Notes: a model not told the origin generated them from the letters alone. 64,000 nucleotides of DNA from Bdellovibrionota bacterium (GCA_041739995.1 JBGSMV010000047.1:224001-288000), one strand, 5' to 3'; numbered from the stretch's first letter, positions 9,672 through 19,933 are shown. A program made the numbers and translations.

Positions 9672-10562
9672 ATGCCGAGTGAGATGATGGACGTCTTCAC
9701 TCCCAAATATCTTCGCATGCTTAATCTATTTCGGCTTCATGCCCGAAAAGCTTTTCTTGGTACAAGACAGGGTGGGCACCTTTCGCCCAAGCGTGGACAC
9801 GGCATCGAGTTTTCAGACTATCGACAATATGAGCTTGGCGATAACCCAAGGCACATCGATTGGGGGCTCTATGGGCGCACGGAACGTTTGTATGTGAAAA
9901 GGTTCCAAGAGGAACAAGATCTACAAGTCTTAATCGCAGTTGACGCAAGTGCCTCGATGGCGGCCGCCCCGCAGGATCTTAAGTGGGATCGCGCTCGCGA
10001 GATCGCGTTGTCCTTAGGCTACATCGCGCTCATGTCTCAAGATGCAGTTTCTATGGTTGCGCTGGGCTCTCAGTGCACCCCCTCACTTTCTGGTCCTAAG
10101 GCATTTCAGCATCTGCTGCGCTACATGCGGCAAGTGACACCGGGCGGCAGGGGAGACTTTTTTCGTGACCTTCAAAGTGCGGCGGCACGCGTGCGGTTCC
10201 CTGGCGTTGCGGTGGTTGTTTCCGACTGTTTGATTGAATTTGACCAGATCGAGGCCGGACTGAACGTGTTGCGTTCAAAAAATCTCGACATAACGCTCAT
10301 TCAAGTGCTTGGGACGAGCGATCGTAGTCTGTCTTTTGCGAGCGGAGGAGCGGTGCTGCATGATAGTGAATCCGCGGAGGAGGTTAGCCTCGTTGCTACC
10401 TTGGAGACGGAGCAGGAGTATCGCAAAGCGCTCCAGCAGCACTGTGAGCAGATTGAGGCCTTTTGTGGAGGTGCGCGAATTGGCTACGCGCTGGCATTGC
10501 CCGAGGAAGAGCTTGGGACATGGATGCAAGAGGCGCTACCTGCCATTGGCGTTCTTGGGTAG
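9672..10562 (+). CDS. DUF58 domain protein
   Basis: G.H.S..RG.GIEFSDYRQY..GD..RHIDW and YVKRF.EE motifs; follows moxR. Confidence 0.92.
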   Translation: MPSEMMDVFTPKYLRMLNLFRLHARKAFLGTRQGGHLSPKRGHGIEFSDYRQYELGDNPRHIDWGLYGRTERLYVKRFQEEQDLQVLIAVDASASMAAAPQDLKWDRAREIALSLGYIALMSQDAVSMVALGSQCTPSLSGPKAFQHLLRYMRQVTPGGRGDFFRDLQSAAARVRFPGVAVVVSDCLIEFDQIEAGLNVLRSKNLDITLIQVLGTSDRSLSFASGGAVLHDSESAEEVSLVATLETEQEYRKALQQHCEQIEAFCGGARIGYALALPEEELGTWMQEALPAIGVLG

Positions 10563-10563
10563 G

Positions 10564-10710
10564 CTGGTGCCACGAGTTAGAAGTTCATACCAGTATTTTT
10601 CTCGTTGTTCTCGCTGAACTCCTTGTGTAATTCATTAAATATATTCACAAAGAGCTCGGCGAGCGCAGCGAGAATAATTCATCTAGGGAACTCGTAACTC
10701 AGGATACTAG
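10564..10710. mobile_element. MITE-like element family A, copy 1
   Basis: Left end ctggTGCCACGAGTTAGAAGTTC, right end GAACTCGTAACTCAGGATActag; internal block tgtgtaattcatta..atattcacaaagag shared with 17649-17790 and, reverse-complemented, with 52051-52184. Confidence 0.8.
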
Positions 10711-10753
10711 TACGGACTGAGTCACTCGAAGCAGTCTTTGGCAATTTGAGACC

Positions 10754-12706
10754 GTGGTGTTGGGATTAGGATTTCTTACCCCCGCTATTCTACTTCTTAG
10801 CCCATTGGCGCTGGGGGTGCTCTTGTATGCCTACCGCAGAGGAGGTCGCGCTCAACCCATTGTGGTTTCCTCGATCTTTCTTTTGCGAAAGCTTGCCCGA
10901 CAAGTGCCGGCACCCCGAAAAATTCGACCACCGCTACGTATGCTATTTGACCTGTTAGTGGTGCTGCTGATCATTGCGGCGGCAGCAGGAGCGTTTCTAC
11001 CAAACCAAGATTCCGAGGTTGTAATCCTTCTTGATAACTCGCTGAGCATGTCTGCACGAGTGTCTCCAGCGGTGAGCCTGCAAGGTCAAACCACAAGCAC
11101 AGTCTTTGAGCGAGCAAAGGAAGAAGCACGCAAGGCCTTGGATGACCTGCCCTTTGGAGCCGAGGTTGCTCTTTGGGTTACCTCTCCCTCACTTCGACTG
11201 GTCACCTCAGGATTTGTTTCTCTTTCGCTAGTGAGCGAGCAGATTTCTAAAGCTGAGTGGGTCTTTGGAAAAGATCATCTAGAGAGCGCGGTCGAACAAG
11301 TGATCTCTCAAGCTCAGCCTTCGCGCCTCATCGTAGTCAGTGATAAGCGGGTGCGAATCAAAGATTCAAGCGAGCCGGCGATCAACGTAGAGAGCCGACA
11401 AGTCGTTGCCGAAAGTGAACGGAACTTATCTATCGCCAATATTCGAGTAGTGTCGTCGAGCGGGGCGGTCTCCCGGCAAGCGGCGGCTTCTGAAGTGGAA
11501 GTGGAGATAGAGAACTTTGGCGGTAGCGGTGACCCTTCCACTGCAAAGGCCACCCTTTCACTCGAGCGATTTGATATTAAGAAAAGGACATTTTCTCCCC
11601 TTAGTAGCGAAGAAATAGTAATCCCCAAACAGGAAGCAAAACGCGTTCGGGTAAAGATTCCGGCAGAGATTGAGGCATTTCGTGCGACTGTTCGCACTGG
11701 TGCAGGGAGCGCCTCTGGAACGAGCGATGTTATCGCGCAAGATAATGTCGCTTTTGTAGTCGTTACGAATTCAGGTTCCAAGCTGGCGGTAGTGAGTGAC
11801 TTGTCCATTAAGGACCTGGGTATTGTACGTCTGCCGAGTTTTGCCTTTGAAAGTATGAGCCCTGAACAATATGAGGCAAGGGGGCTCTCGCCAGACGTTC
11901 AGGCAGTATTGTTCCACCGGTACGTGCCGCGTGTATTGCCAGACGTAGCAGCCTTGGTGATTGCGCCGCCGAGTGATAACGCGCTTTTGCCCGTTGCGCG
12001 CGTGGCGCAGGACGTTCGAGTTGCCGACTGGCGGGTGGGGCATCCACTTACCCGCTACATCACGTTCTCGGCGCTCTCTCTCCCACAGCAGCAGGTCTTG
12101 CGAGTCCCTGGTTGGGGTACGGAAGTGTTTCGTACCACAGCGGGCACCGCACTTTACTCCGGGGAGTTTCAAGGACGACGAGTAGCGGTATGCGGATTTG
12201 AGCTGTTTCCCTATCAAGCGAGTAGGTCGCCTCTATTGAGCGTGATGTTTCTGAACCTCCTGCAGTGGCTGATGGAAAATGGAATCGGCGTGGGATTCGG
12301 CGCGCCTTACACCTCAATACTCGTGGAGCCCTCGACCTCTGCGACTGAGATTTTCGGTGTGACCGGCAACCCTGAATCTCTCGCGGTAAATAGCGCCAAA
12401 GAAGGGCGCTTTGTGGTGTCGCCACAGCCTGGTGTGGTGCTCAGTTCAGACGACAAGGGAGTAAGAGTGTCCAGCGCGGTGAATTTCTTCGATCGTGATG
12501 AGTCGGCCCTCAGACAAGGAGAAGTGATAGAGATAAGTCTCATGAATGCGTTCGCTGAACCTAGAAAGCGAGGCCTGTCATTGGTCGAATGGGCTTCACG
12601 AATTGCCTTGTTTCTTCTTTTTTGTGAATTTCTCATTCAACTATTGCGACGAGTATTTCGTAGTAGACGAGACCAGGGATTGAGGAAGCAGTCGTATGCA
12701 AGTTGA
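10754..12706 (+). CDS. BatA-type N-terminal double-TM + VWA domain protein
   Basis: F..P..LL, VSSIFLL N-terminus; LLDNSLSM MIDAS motif; DNVAF; NFFD..ES and a C-terminal TM. Confidence 0.85.
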   Translation: MVLGLGFLTPAILLLSPLALGVLLYAYRRGGRAQPIVVSSIFLLRKLARQVPAPRKIRPPLRMLFDLLVVLLIIAAAAGAFLPNQDSEVVILLDNSLSMSARVSPAVSLQGQTTSTVFERAKEEARKALDDLPFGAEVALWVTSPSLRLVTSGFVSLSLVSEQISKAEWVFGKDHLESAVEQVISQAQPSRLIVVSDKRVRIKDSSEPAINVESRQVVAESERNLSIANIRVVSSSGAVSRQAAASEVEVEIENFGGSGDPSTAKATLSLERFDIKKRTFSPLSSEEIVIPKQEAKRVRVKIPAEIEAFRATVRTGAGSASGTSDVIAQDNVAFVVVTNSGSKLAVVSDLSIKDLGIVRLPSFAFESMSPEQYEARGLSPDVQAVLFHRYVPRVLPDVAALVIAPPSDNALLPVARVAQDVRVADWRVGHPLTRYITFSALSLPQQQVLRVPGWGTEVFRTTAGTALYSGEFQGRRVAVCGFELFPYQASRSPLLSVMFLNLLQWLMENGIGVGFGAPYTSILVEPSTSATEIFGVTGNPESLAVNSAKEGRFVVSPQPGVVLSSDDKGVRVSSAVNFFDRDESALRQGEVIEISLMNAFAEPRKRGLSLVEWASRIALFLLFCEFLIQLLRRVFRSRRDQGLRKQSYAS

Positions 12707-15350
12707 ATTTTCTGCACTCGACCCATGGTTTGTCTCAATCGTGCTGTTTGCGTTGGTAGCAGTCGGCTTGCTGTTACTGTTTCTGGCCCAACGCGGTAAG
12801 GGTTTCTCGCTACGTTCGTTGTGGCCATTGGTGCTGCGCACCATCTCAATCACATTACTATTGTTGGCACTTGCCGGCCCAGTGCTTGTAGACGAGCGAC
12901 GGGAGTCTCGGATTGTTGCAGCTATCGATTTATCCGAGAGCATGGATGACACCACCGCCTCAAAACTTTTAGAGCGCGCTGCGGGTCTTCTTGCTTCGGC
13001 AAAGGTTGATCGAGTTGAATTTGCTGGGATGGCTACTCATCAAGCAGGCTTGAATGCCGAAAGATGGGATTTCCGTTCTATGCGAAAAGAGGCGGGAGCC
13101 CTAAATGTAGGGGAGACCGACATTGAGAGCGCATTCAAGAATATTCTTGGCGTGGATATTGGTGCTGCGTGGCAAGTAGGAAGTGACGAAAGAGTTGAAG
13201 GGTTAGAGAACTTCGTACCCGTACTGCTTATTTCTGATGGACACGAGACGAAGGGAGATGCGCGTGGATTGCTTCCGTCTTTACGGCAAGGGCAATACCG
13301 ATTATTTCCGATTACTCCTCAAGAAATGGAGTCGGCGGGCGAAGCGTTTTCTCTCTCTAGTTTGCACGCTCCCTTAGTGGCTCCCGCTCAGAAGAGCGTG
13401 GAAGTTTCTGTGGCGGTGCGAAACACAACAGGGGCTGAGCAAGGTGGAATATTGCGGGTCCAGCATGACAAAAACACGATTCTCGAACGACGGGTAAAGG
13501 TAAAAGCACAAAGCGAAGTGTTGCTTTCAACTCAGAGCGACCCCTCTCAGGATGGCATCAAGCAGATAGTCGCGACGTTCATCCCGGATGATGAGAACGT
13601 GGCGAAGAGCGAAAGGCGAGTTTTTCTCTCTGGTGAGCCGCGCGAGCGAGTATTGGTGATGAATGGAGAAAGTGTCGATTCCCGATTCCTGGACGAGGCC
13701 TTGAAGGGAAATGCCTACCAGGTCGAATCGGTGGTCGCTAAGAAAAGTACGACGCTATTTGGTGAGCTAGAGAAATTCTCGACGGTGATTTTGAATAATG
13801 TTGCGTTGCGCCAATTGCCTGATGCTGCGCAAGCGCAGCTGCGCCGTTTTGTGGAGTCGGGCGGCGGTCTGGTGGTGAGCGGCGGAGCCCAGAGTTTTGG
13901 ACTCGGAGGGTATCAAAACTCAGCGCTCGATGACTTGTTGCCCGTCAGGAGTATTCCTCCTCGCGCAGAGGAGAAGCGGCTAAACGTGGCAGTGCAGCTG
14001 GTTATTGATAAGTCTCAAAGCATGAGCAAGGAGCAGCGCCTAGAATTTGCTAAAGAAGCAGCGCGTGGTGTTGTGCAGAGCTTAAAGGATGAAGATTACA
14101 TCGGTGTCATTGGATTCGATTTAACTCCCTTTGAGGTGCTTAAAACCACGATTGTGGGCGGGAATCGAGAGTACGCAATCGAGCGCATCGGGCGTATGTA
14201 CCCAAAAGATCAAACCTGGCTTCTTCCGGCTCTCAGAGAGGCGCGTCGGCGCCTGGAAGCGACTCCGGCCGGACGCAAGCACATGATAATTGTGACCGAC
14301 GGACAGCTTCGAGATGCGGGGCCAGTGTACCTTGAAGATGTGCGTCAGGCGCGACTTCTTGGAATTACTGTCTCTACCGTTTTGATCGGAGGAGAGTTTG
14401 ATTTTGGGTTTCTTAGATCTTTAAGTGAGGCGGGTGGCGGAAGATTTTATGCCGTGAATGACCCCAGCCAGCTTCCGCGTATTTTTATTCAGGATGTTAC
14501 AGTGCGTTCTGGAGAAAAAACTCTTCGGGAAAATGAAAAGTTCCCCGTGCGCTTTGGCTCTGGAGACGTGCGTAGTACCACCATTCGTAGCTTTCCCTTT
14601 TTAAAAGGCTTCGTTGAAACGCGCATCAAGCCGGAAGCAAACTATGAGCTCGCGGTGGCGAGCGGTGTTGACCTGCAACCGCTACTCGCCTCGTGGATGC
14701 GCGGCAAGGGCAAAGTGATCGCCTATACCTCTGACAACAACGGTCGCTGGTCTAGCGAATGGGTGGGGTGGCGTCAGTATCGGCAGTTCTGGTCGAATGT
14801 GGTTGATGCGACCAGGAGCGATGCAGCAGATGAGTCAAAGAACATCCGATTTGATCTCCGTCACTTTGTCTCCGGCAACTCCCTTGAGATGGAAGTAGCG
14901 GTCTTCGATGACATTGGGGCCTTGCCATTGCAGGCCGAGGTCGTGCTGCCTTCGGGCGACAAGGCCGAGGTTAAATTTCAACGGGTTTCCAAAGGACGGT
15001 ACTCCGCCTCGATTCCACGAGCGACTGCCGGTACCTTTCGTGTTGCTTTGGCAGCGGAGAGCTCAAAGTTTCGATTCACTCCCGTTGCATTTGATGTTTC
15101 CGGTGAATCCTTTGGAGAACAGAAGGGGTTAGGCTTTAACATTCCATTTCTTGAAGAACTTTCGCGCGCGACTGGAGGAGTAACGAACCCCAAAGTGGAA
15201 CAGCTTCTTAATGCAGTGCAGCGGTATAAAGTACGCTCAGACCTTCGACACTACTTTCTGTTGGCGGCGCTCTTGGTGCTATTGCTTGAGGTTCTCCATA
15301 GAGAACTAGGCTTAAGAGTCTGGCGCAGGGGCATGCGGGCGCGCGCGTAG
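12696..15350 (+). CDS. Dual VWA + glutamine-amidotransferase-like domain membrane protein
   Basis: DLSES and DKSQS MIDAS motifs; LISDG.ET; FVESGGGLVVSGG.QSFGLGGY..S.L..LLPV; PLLASW..GKGKV. Confidence 0.85.
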   Translation: MQVEFSALDPWFVSIVLFALVAVGLLLLFLAQRGKGFSLRSLWPLVLRTISITLLLLALAGPVLVDERRESRIVAAIDLSESMDDTTASKLLERAAGLLASAKVDRVEFAGMATHQAGLNAERWDFRSMRKEAGALNVGETDIESAFKNILGVDIGAAWQVGSDERVEGLENFVPVLLISDGHETKGDARGLLPSLRQGQYRLFPITPQEMESAGEAFSLSSLHAPLVAPAQKSVEVSVAVRNTTGAEQGGILRVQHDKNTILERRVKVKAQSEVLLSTQSDPSQDGIKQIVATFIPDDENVAKSERRVFLSGEPRERVLVMNGESVDSRFLDEALKGNAYQVESVVAKKSTTLFGELEKFSTVILNNVALRQLPDAAQAQLRRFVESGGGLVVSGGAQSFGLGGYQNSALDDLLPVRSIPPRAEEKRLNVAVQLVIDKSQSMSKEQRLEFAKEAARGVVQSLKDEDYIGVIGFDLTPFEVLKTTIVGGNREYAIERIGRMYPKDQTWLLPALREARRRLEATPAGRKHMIIVTDGQLRDAGPVYLEDVRQARLLGITVSTVLIGGEFDFGFLRSLSEAGGGRFYAVNDPSQLPRIFIQDVTVRSGEKTLRENEKFPVRFGSGDVRSTTIRSFPFLKGFVETRIKPEANYELAVASGVDLQPLLASWMRGKGKVIAYTSDNNGRWSSEWVGWRQYRQFWSNVVDATRSDAADESKNIRFDLRHFVSGNSLEMEVAVFDDIGALPLQAEVVLPSGDKAEVKFQRVSKGRYSASIPRATAGTFRVALAAESSKFRFTPVAFDVSGESFGEQKGLGFNIPFLEELSRATGGVTNPKVEQLLNAVQRYKVRSDLRHYFLLAALLVLLLEVLHRELGLRVWRRGMRARA

Positions 15351-15493
15351 GTCCTTTCGCTTTTCTCGATTCATATCCACACGAGCAGAAAGTCGGTGAG
15401 AATCTGTTAATTTTAACTAATATTTACCTAATATCAGTAAATCATTCATTTTGGTCATGGGCGTCAAAGTCACCCCATTGACCAAAAGATTGC

Positions 15494-16210
15494 ATGCAGA
15501 TCTCATCACACAAACTAGAGCCAGAGCCGCCGCACATAGAAGGTCGGGAAACCTTTGGTCCATTGTTGAACTCCCTGCAGGGCCTCTCAGGCGTAGTGAT
15601 TCTATTCGGTGGGACCTTTGATCCGCCACATTGCGGGCATATAGAACTGGCTCGTGCGGCACTCAACTCCTTTTCCGATGCATTGCTCGTCTTTGTCCCC
15701 ACTGCTCAAAATCCATTGAAGTTGAACCATCCTGGGGCGAACGCTGACGAACGTCTTGAAATGCTGTGTGCAGCGGTGGCGGGCGAAGAGCGAATGAAGG
15801 TTTGCCCCGCGCAATTGCGAAGAGAAGTTGGAAATTACACTATCGATTTAGTGCGAGCCCTGAAAAGCTCCTCTCCTGAGGCCGAAGCGGTGCTGCTTAT
15901 AGGGTCCGATTGTCTTGAGACATTGCCGGGTTGGCGCGCCGCCGAGGAGTTACTCGAATTGGCGACCCCGTTAGTTTTTCAAAGACCAGGTAAAGTGGAA
16001 GCAGCCACAATTCTTGAATCCCAAGTCCTGTCTGCGAAGGCACAAGAAAAGTTGAGGGGTGCGCTACACACGGGGCAACTATGGGAGATTAGCAGCACTG
16101 AAATTAGAGCTCGACGAGCGCGCGGTGAGGATTGTGTTAAACTCGTTCCGCCTGAGGTGAATCGCTTGATGATAGAGTTGGGTCTCTATAGAGGAGAGCA
16201 GGCGAATTGA
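15494..16210 (+). CDS. nadD: Nicotinate-nucleotide adenylyltransferase
   Basis: FGGTFDPPHCGH, YTID, LIGSD and ISSTEIR motifs. Confidence 0.93.
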   Translation: MQISSHKLEPEPPHIEGRETFGPLLNSLQGLSGVVILFGGTFDPPHCGHIELARAALNSFSDALLVFVPTAQNPLKLNHPGANADERLEMLCAAVAGEERMKVCPAQLRREVGNYTIDLVRALKSSSPEAEAVLLIGSDCLETLPGWRAAEELLELATPLVFQRPGKVEAATILESQVLSAKAQEKLRGALHTGQLWEISSTEIRARRARGEDCVKLVPPEVNRLMIELGLYRGEQAN

Positions 16211-16283
16211 TTTCCCGTCGTGGGGTGATATTACCGCAGGGGCAAATTTAATAGCTAGAACAAAACTTAAGGGGCACTGCAGT

Positions 16284-17660
16284 ATGGGTGTGAATCATCA
16301 AGGTAAGAATGGAAGTTTAACAACAGACCTTGTCGAGCCACTGCAGGTTCGCCCATTCGATCTTTCGCTGGAAGTGCTTACCCCTGGATTGACGGAGTTC
16401 ATCAACTCGCGCCCTGACGGACATCGCTTGGCGGCGAGCGCTATTGCAGATCAGGTAATGGCGCTTGCTGAGCGTCTTCGAACGGGGGAGGAGCGGCTTT
16501 CGGTTGCAAGCTGGCGCCGAGTTGTTTCCGGAGATGCGCCTTTGGTCGACTCCTTCGAATTTCAGCGCGAAAGCCTCGTTGCGGCTTTGGTTCAAGAGGA
16601 GGCGCGCGTAGCTTCCCAGCCCCCCGATCCGAAACTCAGTAACATGCTGGTACTGCCGGGACCGGGTGCAGCGATATTGGCAAGACAAGTGGCCACATGC
16701 CTCGGGGTTCCCCTGTCGGCCGCTGCCGTGCATGATTTTCCTGATGCGGAGTTCAAAGCAGAAGCATTTGAGAATGTTCGAAAGAAGGACGTCTATGTGG
16801 TTATGCCGACCTGTGCCCCTGGTGCCAGTAATGTTTTAGCGCTGTGCCAGCTTACGTCGTTGCTTCAACGTGCCAGTGCCGGTTCAATCACTGCGGTGGT
16901 TCCTTACTTCGGATTTGCGCGACAGGATCGCCGAGACAAGGGACGTCGAGAGCCGATTTCTGCGCGTATGGTCGCTGATTTCCTGGAGAAATCAGGGGTC
17001 AACAAGGTCATCACTATCGACATTCATGCCGCGCAGGAAGAAGGATTCTTCAATCGATTGGACGGCCTGTATGGTTCAGCAGTGCTGGTTCCTTGGGTGG
17101 CGCAGTACCTTGATCCAAAAAAATCGATTCTTCTTGCACCGGATGCAGGGAGTGTGAAAGGAGCCGAAATTTACTCTCAGATGCTTGGGATTGAACGCGA
17201 TCCTGTGTTGATCCATAAGCGCCGCAAGGGAGACAGTGAGATAAAGATGTCTCGACTGGGCGGGTCGGTCAAGGGGCTCACGGTGGTGATTCGAGATGAC
17301 ATGATCGCCACAGGGACTACGATTGCGGAAGCAGCGAAACTCGCAATGAAAGCGGGGGCAGCGGAAGTGTTAGTGGTAGCCACTCACGCGGTAATGGCAG
17401 GCAATGCGCTCGAGCGACTGCTTGACGCGCCAATCAAGAAGATCATCGTAACAGACTCGATACCATCCCCAGGTATTCCTTCCGGCGATCGCTTCGACAT
17501 CGTTCCAGTGGCACCACTGTTGGCTGAAGCAATTCGTCGCGATGAGTTAGGAGAATCGGTGAGCGGGCTTTTGAAGCACACATACCCACTAGAAGAACTT
17601 CAGGCGCCGCATCTGGCCTTTGATGTCATGCATGCGTTTACCTACCGCGGAGTGTCCTGA
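16284..17660 (+). CDS. prs: Ribose-phosphate pyrophosphokinase with ~115-aa N-terminal extension
   Basis: FPDAE, ENVRKKDV, PYFGFARQDR, DIHAAQ, PDAG and DDMIATGTT motifs. Confidence 0.92.
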   Translation: MGVNHQGKNGSLTTDLVEPLQVRPFDLSLEVLTPGLTEFINSRPDGHRLAASAIADQVMALAERLRTGEERLSVASWRRVVSGDAPLVDSFEFQRESLVAALVQEEARVASQPPDPKLSNMLVLPGPGAAILARQVATCLGVPLSAAAVHDFPDAEFKAEAFENVRKKDVYVVMPTCAPGASNVLALCQLTSLLQRASAGSITAVVPYFGFARQDRRDKGRREPISARMVADFLEKSGVNKVITIDIHAAQEEGFFNRLDGLYGSAVLVPWVAQYLDPKKSILLAPDAGSVKGAEIYSQMLGIERDPVLIHKRRKGDSEIKMSRLGGSVKGLTVVIRDDMIATGTTIAEAAKLAMKAGAAEVLVVATHAVMAGNALERLLDAPIKKIIVTDSIPSPGIPSGDRFDIVPVAPLLAEAIRRDELGESVSGLLKHTYPLEELQAPHLAFDVMHAFTYRGVS

Positions 17661-17790
17661 GTCGGAAGTTCGTCTAAGGTTTGTCCTCACTGTTCTCGCG
17701 AACTCTTTGTGTAATTCATTAGACATATTCACAAAGAGAGCAGCGAGCGCGGCGAGAATTATTCATCGAACTCTTAACTCAGGACGCTAG
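17649..17790. mobile_element. MITE-like element family A, copy 2
   Basis: TGTCCTGAGTCGGAAGTTC ... GAACTCTTAACTCAGGACG+CTAG; the left TIR overlaps the last prs codons and its TGA stop. Confidence 0.8.
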
Positions 17791-17887
17791 AGATCTCTGG
17801 TGAGATTAGCGTCGGACTGCTTTTTTCGGAGCACTGTGAGATGGAACTGCCGAGAAACAGTGCGGTGGAACGCAGCAATTGGCTGCC

Positions 17888-18406
17888 TTAGTATTGGCGC
17901 TCTAACAACTTAAAGTCGGTTTTGGCTGGCGGGATATCGAGCCAGTAGGTTTTCACATCTGCGCGATAGCTCATGTCCATCACGCGGATGCCGGCAATTT
18001 TTAGAATTATGCCAATGGGGATCATCATGCCGCCCCACATTAGCCCGAGAATGACGGTAGTAGAGACTCGCTCAAGTACCTTGGCAAATGCCATCCAACC
18101 GCGCCACACAGGCAACATGGCGCGAGGAGCAAATGAGCAAAGTGAGATAAGGAGCAGGCTGGTTACTGTTGCGGCTCCCGCATTGGCAATAGAACCTTTC
18201 TGGAAGGCCAGGTACAAACCAATTAAAAGCCCAATTAACCCAAGCAGGTGGCCGAACTCTCGAATATGTTGGCGAATGGGCTTACGCGCAAAGAGTTCTT
18301 CGAGCGGGTCGCTGCTTCCCGGGACGAGAGAAAGAGAGGGTTTTTGAATCACAGGTTCAACCACAGCTGATTCGATTTTATGAGCTAGATTACTTCCGCG
18401 CGACAC
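17888..18406 (-). CDS. SxtJ-family membrane protein
   Basis: IREFG, P..M.PVWRGWM.FA..L, PIG..LK..G, TYW and ERQY pattern. Confidence 0.75.
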   Translation of the reverse strand: MSRGSNLAHKIESAVVEPVIQKPSLSLVPGSSDPLEELFARKPIRQHIREFGHLLGLIGLLIGLYLAFQKGSIANAGAATVTSLLLISLCSFAPRAMLPVWRGWMAFAKVLERVSTTVILGLMWGGMMIPIGIILKIAGIRVMDMSYRADVKTYWLDIPPAKTDFKLLERQY

Positions 18407-18563
18407 AACAGTATCCTTAAATTTTCAAAAGGTTTGGGGAGTTTAAAGGCAAAGCGTGTCCTTGTACAACCCGGGAGCGTTAGTCAGCTTGGCCGGTCAT
18501 AAGGTCAAGATAGGACACGAAATTTCCTTGAACTTGGACTCTTCAGTTGACTGAAATTAACCT

Positions 18564-19604
18564 CTAAACTTGCGGCAGCTGGCCCGTTAAGGAGCGGAGG
18601 AAAGCTAGAATTAGCTCAACCTGCCGATCGGTGAGCTCTCTGCCGAGTTGGTGAGAGCCCATCAGCCGAATAGCCTGATCCAGGGTTTTGACCTTGCCGT
18701 CATGAAAGTAAGGGCCGGTTTTCTCAATGTTGCGCAGTGAGGGAACTTTAAAGAAGTACTTATCGGCTTCGTTTTTGGTCACCTCATGTCGGCCCAAGTC
18801 CTCCGTGGGATAAGGCTTTACGAGGCCAAGTTTTTGATACATCTGCCCACCGACCGTAACGCCGCTATGGCAAGCAACGCAGCCAACATCTCTGAAAGTT
18901 TTAAGACCCTCGAGTTCTTCCGCGTTCAACGCAGTAGCGTCCCCTTCGAGAAAACTGTCAAATCGCGATTTGGTTAAAAGAGTCCTCTCAAAGGCGCCGA
19001 TGGCCTTGCCCATATTCTGAAAAGTAAGAGCATCCTTTTCTCCTGGAAAGGCTTGGGCGAAAAGCTTCGGATACTCTGGGTCAGTACGGAGGCGCTCCAT
19101 TACTACGGCCTCAGACGGCATGGCCATCTCAACCGGATTCATGACTGGACCGAGTGCCTGTTCCTCGACATCCTTTGCGCGACCATCCCAGAATTGTGTG
19201 AAGTGCAACGCTGCATTGAATACTGTGGGAGAGTTTCGGCCACCGAGCTGCCCTTTATGCCCGGGAGAGGTCGGCTGGTTATCCACCCCAAGAGTTTGGA
19301 GGTTGTGGCAAGAATTGCATGAGATGTCTTCAGCAGTCGAAAGCTTCGTTTCAGAGTAAAGCTTCTTTCCAAGCGCGACTTTTGCCGGTGTTACTGGGTT
19401 GGATGCCGATTCGGCGACACTTGGAAGTGGTTGGAACAGCCCAGTCCATGTCGCGGGCAATAGGTCTGGATGTATCGCGGCGCTGTCCTTTGGTTCCGCA
19501 AAAGCGTTCGATGAGATTGTGGTACTGACCAGAAGGGCACCCAAAAAGAGGCTAGAAAATCGAGCGCGCTGCAGTGAACAGAGAGAGGAAAAAGATTGAG
19601 ACAT
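18564..19604 (-). CDS. Di-haem cytochrome c peroxidase (CcpA/MauG family)
   Basis: CNSCH and CVACH haem motifs; RNSPTVFNA, QFWDGRA, FKVPSLRNI..TGPYFHDG; start moved to ATG 19604, which precedes the signal peptide. Confidence 0.92.
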   Translation of the reverse strand: MSQSFSSLCSLQRARFSSLFLGALLVSTTISSNAFAEPKDSAAIHPDLLPATWTGLFQPLPSVAESASNPVTPAKVALGKKLYSETKLSTAEDISCNSCHNLQTLGVDNQPTSPGHKGQLGGRNSPTVFNAALHFTQFWDGRAKDVEEQALGPVMNPVEMAMPSEAVVMERLRTDPEYPKLFAQAFPGEKDALTFQNMGKAIGAFERTLLTKSRFDSFLEGDATALNAEELEGLKTFRDVGCVACHSGVTVGGQMYQKLGLVKPYPTEDLGRHEVTKNEADKYFFKVPSLRNIEKTGPYFHDGKVKTLDQAIRLMGSHQLGRELTDRQVELILAFLRSLTGQLPQV

Positions 19605-19933
19605 AAAGGCAAAATCCTGTAAAAACTTCCTGTAAAAACTTAGAGAAAAGAACTTAGTGAAATGGGTAAACCCATAAAATCGTGCTCCGCGAGAGAGTGT
19701 GTCACGCCCTAGCTTGCGGTCGAGCGTAGCGCCTGCCGAAATACTTCGCAAAATGAGCGAAGCTTCACCACTGACCAGATAACTACGGAAAGTCCTCATT
19801 TCAAGTAGTTATATAGCGGGTTTGCGCATTGAGATGAAAGTTGGATGTCAGTCTTGGCGCGAGGCTTGTGGAACTATCCAAGGCAGCTTCGGTGCCCACA
19901 GGTGAAGGTTGGAAATAAAATTCGAGTTCAATT

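Noticed and set aside
19605..19799. N-terminal extension of the cytochrome c peroxidase
   Set aside because: It covers an AT-rich promoter-like region; the signal peptide follows ATG 19604.
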